Source: an uncultured Alphaproteobacteria bacterium
Lineage (GTDB): Bacteria; Pseudomonadota; Alphaproteobacteria; RF32; CAG-239
Assembly (NCBI GenBank): GCA_944392205.1
Contig: CALXVV010000040.1
Coordinates: 32,971 to 96,970, forward strand
DNA: 64,000 nt
Direction: 5' to 3'
In this document: one piece after another, positions 9,626 to 17,568 of the stretch
How the letters are laid out: every line of letters starts with the position of its first letter
Position numbering within the stretch: the first letter of the stretch is position 1
Made by a program: the position numbers and the translations under genes
The notes under the pieces: generated by a model
The model's database searches: none
What the model was told of the DNA's origin: nothing
Seen by the model: the letters and a program-made list of their open reading frames with translations, nothing else

Positions 9626-10222
9626 ATGAAATTTAAAGAAAAAATCTTGGCTATAAAAGGTACTCTTCTGCAGCTTGTTGCTCCTCACTACAAAGTTTTG
9701 GCAGCTGGAATTTGTGTGATTTTGTTGGGCTGGCTCTCTGTCTCCTTTTTCTTTATTCAAGAGAGCTCCGGAACCAGTGAAGCTGCGACAGAGCTTGAAC
9801 AATTGGCCGCCAATATTCGGCGCTACTACCAAAACCGTCCGGATTATTGGGGGTTAAGCACTCAAATGGTGCTTGACAAAAAGATTTACCCCAATAAAAT
9901 GCTAAAAAATAATCAGTTAGTCGGGTATTTTGGCAATCCGGTGTTGGTTGGAAACGGTCCTGAGGCTGATGTCTTAATGCCCGGGGCTCGTAATTTTGAT
10001 ATTATTTATAAAGACTTAAATAAAAAACAATGTGTTGGGTTAGCTAGTTTCAAGTTCTCACAGAATTTCTGGCTGGGAGTAACCGGAATTTCAATAATTA
10101 ATAATGACAATAATCAATTTTTTACGTGGGATGATGAAGAAAATGGCTTGCCAATACAAAAGAATAGAGCTAATGCTATTTGTGAAAGTAATAACACGAT
10201 AATTTGGCATTATGAGCAGTAA
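9626..10222 (+). CDS. Pilin paralog with a non-canonical N-terminus (possible minor pilin)
   Basis: Globular part aligns by eye with the major pilin: NIRRYYQNRPDYWGLS vs NVRSLFSSSVDYSGLS; LNKKQCVGLAS vs LTQEACVSIAT; AICESNNTIIWHYEQ vs AKCSDD..AVQWEYY. N-terminus lacks the G-x4-E motif. Confidence 0.55.
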   Translation: MKFKEKILAIKGTLLQLVAPHYKVLAAGICVILLGWLSVSFFFIQESSGTSEAATELEQLAANIRRYYQNRPDYWGLSTQMVLDKKIYPNKMLKNNQLVGYFGNPVLVGNGPEADVLMPGARNFDIIYKDLNKKQCVGLASFKFSQNFWLGVTGISIINNDNNQFFTWDDEENGLPIQKNRANAICESNNTIIWHYEQ

Positions 10223-10337
10223 GTTTATGACTTAGGTTATAGTCTTTTGTACTTTTTATGACTAAGGATAAGATTGTTCATAATTTATTAATTTGTTATA
10301 GTTAAACTATAAACAAAGTAAATTGAGGAGAGATACT

Positions 10338-10940
10338 ATGAATATTTTATATAAAAATGAGCAATCCGGGCGTTCAATGGTGGAAATGCTTGGTGTGCTC
10401 GCGATTATCGGGGTGCTTTCGATAGGTGGTATCTCCGGTTATTCTAAAGCTATGGCTAAATATCGTGTTAACAAAACACTGGATCAGATTTCTATGCTGG
10501 TTATGAACGTCCGTTCGCTGTTCTCTTCCAGTGTTGATTATAGCGGCTTGAGTATTGGAACTGCTATTCAGATGGGTATTATTCCGGGCGATATGCGTAT
10601 CGGAGATAGTACAACCGAGATTATTAATGCTTATCAAGGCCGTGTGTTCTTGGAAACCGGAAACAGCGGCGGAGCTAACCGTTCATTTATTGTGCAATAT
10701 ACCGGTTTGACCCAGGAAGCTTGTGTTTCTATCGCTACTGCGGACTGGGGTTCTCAGGCGGGTTCCGGTTTGGTTTCTATCGGAATCGCCAGCGGTACGG
10801 CTAAAACGACAAAGGCTACTATAGGTGAGGATGGCACATTTAAAATAGAGGATATGCCTATTCCCCTGAATGAGGCGGCTGCTAAATGTAGTGACGATAC
10901 GGATGCTGCTGGTAATGCTGTCCAGTGGGAGTACTACTAG
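10338..10940 (+). CDS. pilS: Type IV prepilin (type IVb-size major pilin)
   Basis: gaggaga before the ATG at 10338. Leader MNILYKNEQSG, then RSMVEMLGVLAIIGVLSIGG with Glu at +5. C-terminal Cys pair. Strong terminator follows. Confidence 0.8.
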   Translation: MNILYKNEQSGRSMVEMLGVLAIIGVLSIGGISGYSKAMAKYRVNKTLDQISMLVMNVRSLFSSSVDYSGLSIGTAIQMGIIPGDMRIGDSTTEIINAYQGRVFLETGNSGGANRSFIVQYTGLTQEACVSIATADWGSQAGSGLVSIGIASGTAKTTKATIGEDGTFKIEDMPIPLNEAAAKCSDDTDAAGNAVQWEYY

Positions 10941-10955
10941 TTACCAACCTTCTCA

Positions 10956-10987
10956 AAAAGCCTCACCTTCGGGTGGGGCTTTTTTTG
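10956..10987 (+). terminator. Intrinsic terminator after the pilin gene
   Basis: aaaaagcctcacc-ttcg-ggtggggcttttttt. Confidence 0.75.
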
Positions 10988-10998
10988 TTCCCCTTTTC

Positions 10999-11026
10999 TT
11001 GCAGATTTGCTTTTTGTTAATATATA
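10999..11026 (+). promoter_or_regulatory. Candidate sigma70-type promoter for the PilT-like gene
   Basis: TTGCAG-16 nt-TATATA read directly. Confidence 0.3.
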
Positions 11027-11073
11027 CTTGATATGCTGTTGGCTGATTGATCCTTTATGCTAAGAGGTTTACC

Positions 11074-12039
11074 ATGACAACTATTACCGAGACAATGTTC
11101 TCCGATATTTATATTACGCCTACAAAAGAAGCATTTATCCCAAACAAACAGACAATTAATGCTTTAATGCGTTTTAAACCGGAAGATTTTGATAAATTCT
11201 ACCATTTACTCGAAACCTCTTGGGATGGAAAGAATCCGAGCTACTCCGTAATATATGAGGGAATATACTACCGTGTGGAGAGAACTATTGCCCTAGATGG
11301 GGTCCAATATTGTGCCAGAAGAATGCCGGCAAAAGTTCCGGATTTTTCGTCCCTTGGATACCCCAAACAACTAGAAAAATACCTTCTGGCTCTTAAGCAT
11401 GCATCTGGTTTAATCCTTTGGAGCGGACCGACTGGTTCGGGAAAAACGACCTCTATATCAAGCTTGCTTAAAGATTATCTATCTACTGAAGGCGGTTTTG
11501 CTTATACAATTGAGGATCCTAATGAGCAACCTCTGGATGGCGTTTATACCACGCCTAACGGCGGGCTCGGCCTTTGCAAACAAACGCAACCTATCAATGG
11601 TGATTGGGGCGCCTCATTGAAATCTGCTTTACGTTCTAAACCTCGCTATATCATGGTTGGGGAAATCAGAACTCCCGATACCGCCAGCGAAGTTTTGCGT
11701 GCAGCGACCTCCGGACACTTGGTGCTCTCAACAATTCACGCCAACAATGTGACTGATGCCATTACCTCTACCGTTAAATATGCCGCAGCCGGCGGCATGA
11801 GCGAAGATTTGGCCTATGATCTTTTCTCTCGAGGAATGTTGGCGGTTTTACACCAGACCTTGGTGGGAACTTCTGTTAAAAGAGTTTCGGTTTCGTTTCT
11901 TTTTGCCAATCCGGATACTACTAAAGGTGACCAGGTTAGAGGGATCATCAAAGGCGGAAAGCTCAATTTGGGTACCTCTATCGAGACGCAAATGACGCGT
12001 ATGGCGAGAGGCCTGCCGATTTTTATGGATGTTTCTTAG
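11074..12039 (+). CDS. pilT: PilT/PilU-like hexameric (retraction-type) ATPase
   Basis: aagagg before the ATG at 11074. GPTGSGKTT, YTIEDPNE, MVGEIRTPDTA, HLVLSTIHANN. About 320 aa with no N-terminal GspE domains. Confidence 0.7.
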   Translation: MTTITETMFSDIYITPTKEAFIPNKQTINALMRFKPEDFDKFYHLLETSWDGKNPSYSVIYEGIYYRVERTIALDGVQYCARRMPAKVPDFSSLGYPKQLEKYLLALKHASGLILWSGPTGSGKTTSISSLLKDYLSTEGGFAYTIEDPNEQPLDGVYTTPNGGLGLCKQTQPINGDWGASLKSALRSKPRYIMVGEIRTPDTASEVLRAATSGHLVLSTIHANNVTDAITSTVKYAAAGGMSEDLAYDLFSRGMLAVLHQTLVGTSVKRVSVSFLFANPDTTKGDQVRGIIKGGKLNLGTSIETQMTRMARGLPIFMDVS

Positions 12040-12464
12040 TCCCAGGGAAAAACAATCCACTGATCGGGAAGTTTTTTAGCAAATATCTCACAAGATTTTT
12101 GCCCTTTTGGCTTGGCATACACGCATACCCTTACGGCCTTGGGATATTGTTGATGCAACAATTCTAAGGTGCGGCCGCTGTCTGAGAGATCGTCAACGAT
12201 CAAAGTTTTTTCATTTACACCTGCCAATAGTCCTTTTATTTCTATGGCATTATCTTGTCTTTTTATCTCTCCGTCGTAGCTTGACATATTGATAACATCA
12301 CAATTTCTTATGTCAAGCTCATAAGCCAATATACCGGCCGGGATTAACCCGCCGCGGCTGATTGCCACTATTCGGTCAAACTCCCCCGTTTCCTTTATTT
12401 TTGTTGCAAGTTGTTTGACCTCGGCGTGAAAATCTTCCCAATTGATATATATCTTGTCTGACAT
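12036..12464 (-). CDS. gpt: Xanthine-guanine phosphoribosyltransferase
   Basis: Colinear by eye with E. coli Gpt: IVAISRGGLIPAGILA, LIVDDLSDSGRT, VFPWD. Confidence 0.8.
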   Translation of the reverse strand: MSDKIYINWEDFHAEVKQLATKIKETGEFDRIVAISRGGLIPAGILAYELDIRNCDVINMSSYDGEIKRQDNAIEIKGLLAGVNEKTLIVDDLSDSGRTLELLHQQYPKAVRVCVYAKPKGQKSCEIFAKKLPDQWIVFPWD

Positions 12465-12469
12465 TTGCT

Positions 12470-12994
12470 TTATCCGTGCTGTGCTTTTATTTTGTATATA
12501 TATTCAATGACGTCATCATCTTCCCAGTCTACCGAACCGCTTATGCGACCGATCTCTTCCCCTGCTTTGTTCACCAAGACCGTGTGCGGAGAAGAAAATA
12601 TTCCGAAATCCCCGGCTAATTTGCCTTCTTTATCAGTATAATAAACCACATCAGGAGCCTCATATTTTTTCAAAAGTTCCTTTTGTTCGCCGGGCATAGT
12701 CCACTCATCGTCTTGAGACACCAGCAGGACTTCTATTCCGTTGTCTTTGGTTTTGTTGACAAACGTATTTATCTCATCTAACTCACGAATACAGGGAGCG
12801 CAATAACGGGACCAAAACATCACCAGCAGAAATTTGCCTTTGAAATCCCCCAATTTGATAGCCTTACCATCCGCCGTGTAAATCGGCGTTTGCGGAGCCT
12901 CTCGCGGATAGGCAAAAATATTCAACCCACTTTTGGCAGCGGCAGTCCCGCTCCACAAAAGCAACAAGCCAAGCATCAATATCTTTTTTATCAT
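12470..12994 (-). CDS. Periplasmic thioredoxin-fold thiol:disulfide oxidoreductase (TlpA/ResA family)
   Basis: Signal peptide; FWSRYCAPCIRE CxxC motif. Confidence 0.7.
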   Translation of the reverse strand: MIKKILMLGLLLLWSGTAAAKSGLNIFAYPREAPQTPIYTADGKAIKLGDFKGKFLLVMFWSRYCAPCIRELDEINTFVNKTKDNGIEVLLVSQDDEWTMPGEQKELLKKYEAPDVVYYTDKEGKLAGDFGIFSSPHTVLVNKAGEEIGRISGSVDWEDDDVIEYIYKIKAQHG

Positions 12995-13073
12995 CTATTT
13001 CTCTGTATAACTTAATTTTTACTTAACTCTTGTTCGCTATATATCTATACTATAGCAGATAACAAGTAAAGGA

Positions 13074-13202
13074 ATGGTTATGAAAAAGTATTTATGTTTT
13101 TTGATGCTCTTTTGCTCAATTATTCTTTGTTCCTGTGGGAAAATGGCCGCTCCGGAACCAGTACCGGGCAGTGGATATCCTCATACGTATCCTAAAGAAT
13201 AA
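13074..13202 (+). CDS. 42-aa putative lipoprotein (not in the ORF track)
   Basis: MVMKKYLCFLMLFCSIILCSCGKMAAPEPVPGSGYPHTYPKE. Signal peptide plus an L-C-S-C lipobox-like site. Ends 15 nt before the vWA gene. Confidence 0.35.
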   Translation: MVMKKYLCFLMLFCSIILCSCGKMAAPEPVPGSGYPHTYPKE

Positions 13203-13217
13203 GAAGGAGCATAAACC

Positions 13218-13901
13218 ATGGTTGCAAGTGATATCGAAAATGAACTCATTCCTTATGTGGAATTTGCCGACAATGCTAATGAACGCACTCCTTGTGTGTT
13301 GGTTTTGGATTGCTCGGGTTCTATGCGCGGGGAGCCTATAAAACAGCTCAATGCCGGCCTCAAAGCTCTGGAAAAAGAACTCAAAGACGATATTGATGCC
13401 AGTTCCCGCGTGCAACTCTTGATTATTAAAGCCTTTGGCAAAGACGAGGCCGTAATCTCTTCTGATTGGATTGACGCCATGAATTTTGAGGCTCCCACCA
13501 TGGAAGCCGGCGGGCTTACTCCGCTTGGAAAAGCCATGGAATTGGCCTTGCAGAAAATTGAGGAGCAAAAATGCCTCTATGATAGCTGCGGCATTACCTC
13601 TAAGCGCCCTTGGATATTTCTTATCAGCGACGGAGAGCCAACAGATTATGACTGGGAAATTGTTGCTAAAAAATGTCGTATAGCCCAGGAAAACAAAAAA
13701 GTTGTTATTCATGCCGTGGGGACACAGGGAGCTAACCTTGAAAAATTGGCCAAATTTTCTACCATCGCGCCCAAACGCCTGACCGGATTGAAATTTACGG
13801 AATTTTTCTTGTGGCTCAGCCGCAGTGTTTCCTGCATCTCAAGAGCCGCTCCCAACACGCCTGATTTGCTTGAAGATACCGGGGAATGGGATGAAAACTA
13901 A
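13218..13901 (+). CDS. TerY-like von Willebrand factor A domain protein
   Basis: aaggag before the ATG. MIDAS residues intact: VLDCSGSM, GGLTPLG, ISDGEPTD. About 227 aa. Confidence 0.8.
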   Translation: MVASDIENELIPYVEFADNANERTPCVLVLDCSGSMRGEPIKQLNAGLKALEKELKDDIDASSRVQLLIIKAFGKDEAVISSDWIDAMNFEAPTMEAGGLTPLGKAMELALQKIEEQKCLYDSCGITSKRPWIFLISDGEPTDYDWEIVAKKCRIAQENKKVVIHAVGTQGANLEKLAKFSTIAPKRLTGLKFTEFFLWLSRSVSCISRAAPNTPDLLEDTGEWDEN

Positions 13902-14634
13902 AAAACGCCCTAAAATAGTGGCTGCCAGTGTTACCGGCGCCTTGCACCATCATCGGAAACTACCTTGCCAGGACTGTTTTAAGCATGTTGTGGGCAAGAA
14001 TCTGGTGGCTGTTGTTTCTGACGGAGCCGGCTCTGCAAAACTCGGAAAAATTGGGGCAAAAATCATTTGCTCAACAATTTGCGATCTGCTGAAAAATGCC
14101 GATTTTGCAAAGGCGCCGGAAAAGATTAAGGCAGCTATTAAATTGGCTAGAGAAAAATTGATGCTCCATCGCCTAAATCATTCAAAATCTGAAGCGGGAA
14201 TCGCCGATTTTGCCGCAACTTTGGTCGGGGTTATGTGCCACGGCAACAAGGGCGTGTTTTTTCATATAGGGGATGGTGCCGCCATTGCCGTGCGCAGTGA
14301 TTATAGCGACTTTGTGGCCTCCAGACCCGAAAACGGCAACTTTACCTGTGAAACTTTCTTTTATACTCAGCAGGCATGGCTTGAAAATTTGCGGCTGACT
14401 TTTTTTGAAAACGCCTCAAGGCTATTATTGATGAGCGATGGGGTGGCCAGTTTTTCCTTCACTCCTGATTTTAAGGAAATTGAACAGGGTTTTGTTGCTC
14501 CCATAGACCGTTTCTTGGCAGAGGCTCAAAGCAAAACAAAAGCTGTCAAGGCTCTGGCCAACACCCTCAACACTCCTAAGGCTCAACGAATAAACCCCGA
14601 TGACAAAACTTTGGTGTGGATAAAGGTGGACTAA
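13891..14634 (+). CDS. PP2C-family Ser/Thr protein phosphatase
   Basis: VAVVSDGAGSAKLG, FFHIGDGAA, LLLMSDGV. 11-nt overlap with the vWA gene. Confidence 0.7.
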   Translation: MKTKKRPKIVAASVTGALHHHRKLPCQDCFKHVVGKNLVAVVSDGAGSAKLGKIGAKIICSTICDLLKNADFAKAPEKIKAAIKLAREKLMLHRLNHSKSEAGIADFAATLVGVMCHGNKGVFFHIGDGAAIAVRSDYSDFVASRPENGNFTCETFFYTQQAWLENLRLTFFENASRLLLMSDGVASFSFTPDFKEIEQGFVAPIDRFLAEAQSKTKAVKALANTLNTPKAQRINPDDKTLVWIKVD

Positions 14635-14635
14635 G

Positions 14636-16087
14636 ATGACTGATCCCATGATTTTTAATGCCGTATATGCCGACCACTCCTTTGGGAAAATATCTTTGGA
14701 CGAGATGATTAATCGTGGCGGAGCCTCCGGTAAAATCTACAAAGTTCAGGACCGTCCGGAATTGGTTGCAAAAATCTTTCATAACACCAATAAGAGCAAG
14801 ACAAACCGCCAAAAGCTCGAGGCGATGCTCCTAAACAAGCCCCATTTTCCACCGGTGGAAGCCGATGGCGTTTCTTATACACAAATTGCTTGGCCGGAGG
14901 CGTTGCTCGAAGATGAGCAAGGTTTTTGTGTCGGCTATTTGATGCCGCTTATTAATATGGACGAGGCTGTTTCCCTGGACCACCTGATGCAAAAGGCGAC
15001 CAGGAAAAAACTTGGTCTTTCCGAAAAATATGCTTACCGTATTTTTGCCGCCTATAATGTTGCCGCCATGGTAACATCTCTCCACAAATGCGGACATTAT
15101 ATCGTGGATCTTAAACCCTCCAATGTCTCTGTTTATAAGGCCAATATGCTGGTAGCAATGGTTGACTGCGACGGTTTTTCCATCAAAGGAGAAAAAGGTC
15201 GCTATCCGGCAGAGTTTGTCAGCGAAGAATATATCTACCCTGAGGGAATGAACCTTTCTTGCCAGGAGATGGGGGAAGAACAAGATAAATTTGCTCTGGC
15301 CGTCATTATCTTTAAACTGCTCAACAACGGTATTCATCCGTTTTCCGGCTCGCCGCGTAAAAGTGATGCCGAAATGCTCACTATCCAAAATCGTATTGAG
15401 CAATATCACTATGCTTACGGTTTGTGGCCAGATAAATATCAGGCCCCACACCCTTACAGCCTCCATGAATATTTTGATAAAGACACTTTGGAGATGTTTG
15501 AGCGCGCCTTTACCAAGGGAGGGAATCGTCCAAGCGCTTATGAATGGCAAGAACATTTATGGAAGTTGATGCACCATTTGCGCCAATGCAAAAACAATCC
15601 CAATCATGTTTATTTTACATCAAAAGGCTGTGGTCTATGCATTATGGAAGATAAGTTCTACCATGATATGCACGATCTCAAAAAGCAAAAACAAACACCT
15701 GAGAAAATCCGCGGTATCAATGTCGATGATCTCTCTCAAGAAAAAATCAGCCAAGAAAAAGCACTTAAACTTGCCTTTGATACCAAAATGCAAAAAATTT
15801 CCGTTGCGGTTATCGGCGTTTATTTATTGTTTTTTGGACTTCTTTACAAACTGTTATTGCTCACAAAAAGTTTTTGGCTGGATATCGGGGTCGGTATGCA
15901 AGCCATCTTGGCAACTTTTCTGATGCTTGGAATTCATGAGCTTATACACAAATATCAGGATATATTTCCGCCTTTTAAGAACAAAGGTGTAACCGATATG
16001 CTGCAAGTATATGCTCTGATTTGTATTATTATCGCTTTGGTCTCTGTTAATGATATTCCAAAAAATCTGCTTGAATTAGCGCCTTAA
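14636..16087 (+). CDS. Hanks-type Ser/Thr protein kinase with a C-terminal Cys cluster and three TM helices
   Basis: GGASGKIYKV, VAKIF, YIVDLKPSN, MVDCDGF. CKNNPNHVYFTSKGCGLC. Hydrophobic helices at the C-terminus. ATG 1 nt after the PP2C stop. Confidence 0.8.
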   Translation: MTDPMIFNAVYADHSFGKISLDEMINRGGASGKIYKVQDRPELVAKIFHNTNKSKTNRQKLEAMLLNKPHFPPVEADGVSYTQIAWPEALLEDEQGFCVGYLMPLINMDEAVSLDHLMQKATRKKLGLSEKYAYRIFAAYNVAAMVTSLHKCGHYIVDLKPSNVSVYKANMLVAMVDCDGFSIKGEKGRYPAEFVSEEYIYPEGMNLSCQEMGEEQDKFALAVIIFKLLNNGIHPFSGSPRKSDAEMLTIQNRIEQYHYAYGLWPDKYQAPHPYSLHEYFDKDTLEMFERAFTKGGNRPSAYEWQEHLWKLMHHLRQCKNNPNHVYFTSKGCGLCIMEDKFYHDMHDLKKQKQTPEKIRGINVDDLSQEKISQEKALKLAFDTKMQKISVAVIGVYLLFFGLLYKLLLLTKSFWLDIGVGMQAILATFLMLGIHELIHKYQDIFPPFKNKGVTDMLQVYALICIIIALVSVNDIPKNLLELAP

Positions 16088-16110
16088 CCTTGCTATATAT
16101 TTACCAATAT

Positions 16111-17523
16111 ATGGTTGCAACAGAGGATAAAAAATTGAAAAATCTTAATCCAATTATCATTTCCGGAAAGGAAGTATTGCCCCTGATTGAGGGCGGCAAG
16201 GGTATTAACGGTAGCGACGGCCGTTCTTCAGGTGCTTGGGCGCATGAGAATTGTGTCGGAACTTTTTCCGGTGTCAGCCCTGATTATTACGATGAAAAAG
16301 GAAATGTTATTTTTGAACGCTATTTCAAAAAAGACAGGCCTTCCCGCCATCAAGAGATGGTTGAGCAATCCATTAAGGGATGTTTGGCCCAAGCTCAGAT
16401 TGCTCATGAGGTTTCCGGCGGAAAGGGACGTATTCACATCAATATGCTTTGGGAGCTGGCCGGTTCTCAACAAATCTTAAATGGTGTATTGGAAAAAGCC
16501 AAAGGCCTTATTCATGGTGTAACTTGCGGCGCCGGATTGCCTTATAACCTGGGTGAATTGGCTTCGAAATTTGGGGTATATTATTACCCGATTATTTCTT
16601 CTGCCAGAGCTTTTCATGTTTTGTGGAAACGCGCCTATAATAAATTTGTTGAATATTTGGGCGGTGTTGTTTATGAGGACCCGTGGTTGGCCGGCGGGCA
16701 CAACGGATTGTCTAATGCCGAGGATCCTAACCAACCACAAACGCCTTATATGCGCATTGTGGAACTCCGCAAACTCATGAATAGTTTGGGGCTGGAAGAA
16801 AAACCCATTATCTTGGCCGGGGGCATTTGGTCCTTGGATGATTGGCAGGATTATATTGATAACCCAGACATTGGTAAGATTGCTTTCCAATTTGGTACCA
16901 GGCCGATGATTACCAAAGAAAGCCCTATCAGCGACGCATGGAAAAAGTTGATGCTGCAGGTGAAAAAGGGTGATGTTATTTTGCAAAAATTCAGCCCTAC
17001 AGGGTTCTTCTCTTCTGCAATTAAAAACACTTTCCTTTCTCGCTTGATTGAGCGTAAACAAGGTGAGGTTCCTTTCTCTCATGAAGCGACGGAAGAGTTT
17101 TCTCAACCCCTTAACATGAGTGAGACAAAGGTAATCTTTATCCGCCCGCAGGACAGTGAGAAAGCCATGAACCAAATTAAGGCCGGCTTTACGGAAGTCA
17201 AAGAAACTCCTGACAACACCGTTGTCTTTTTGACTCCTGATGAATGGGTGCAGATGAAAGAAGACCGCAAAAACTGCGTTGGTTGCCTATCTCAATGCCA
17301 GTTTTCTTCTTGGTCTCAGGCTCGGGGTTCTACCGGAAGGTTGCCGGATCCGCGTTCTTATTGTATTCATAAAACCTTGTATGATGTCAGCCATAACGGC
17401 AGCATTGTCGATAATCTGTTGTTTGCCGGGCATCAGGTTTACCGTTTTGCAACAGATCCTCTGTATCGAAACGGAATTCCGTCTGTTAAGGAGCTTATTG
17501 AAAGGATTAAATCCGGAAAATAG
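16111..17523 (+). CDS. Nitronate monooxygenase / 2-nitropropane dioxygenase-like TIM-barrel flavoprotein (long form)
   Basis: IEGGKGINGS, VTCGAGLPYN, ILAGGIW. C-terminal CVGCLSQC. Starts 23 nt after the kinase stop. Confidence 0.5.
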   Translation: MVATEDKKLKNLNPIIISGKEVLPLIEGGKGINGSDGRSSGAWAHENCVGTFSGVSPDYYDEKGNVIFERYFKKDRPSRHQEMVEQSIKGCLAQAQIAHEVSGGKGRIHINMLWELAGSQQILNGVLEKAKGLIHGVTCGAGLPYNLGELASKFGVYYYPIISSARAFHVLWKRAYNKFVEYLGGVVYEDPWLAGGHNGLSNAEDPNQPQTPYMRIVELRKLMNSLGLEEKPIILAGGIWSLDDWQDYIDNPDIGKIAFQFGTRPMITKESPISDAWKKLMLQVKKGDVILQKFSPTGFFSSAIKNTFLSRLIERKQGEVPFSHEATEEFSQPLNMSETKVIFIRPQDSEKAMNQIKAGFTEVKETPDNTVVFLTPDEWVQMKEDRKNCVGCLSQCQFSSWSQARGSTGRLPDPRSYCIHKTLYDVSHNGSIVDNLLFAGHQVYRFATDPLYRNGIPSVKELIERIKSGK

Positions 17524-17538
17524 ACTTTCTTGCTTTAA

Positions 17539-17568
17539 TAAAAAACCCGCCATTTGGCGGGCTTTTTA
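17539..17568. terminator. Bidirectional intrinsic terminator between the NMO-like gene and gpsA
   Basis: aaaaacccgcc-attt-ggcgggcttttt. Confidence 0.7.

Noticed and set aside
13116-13712. 198-aa minus-strand ORF overlapping the small lipoprotein ORF and the vWA gene
   Set aside because: The + strand carries an intact MIDAS-containing vWA domain with a good Shine-Dalgarno sequence. The antisense product is low quality (FFVFLGYTTFFSNNF...).
14831-17175. Long minus-strand ORFs (14831-15556 and 16477-17175) inside the kinase and the NMO-like gene
   Set aside because: They are antisense shadows of genes with clear catalytic motifs, and they have no motifs of their own.
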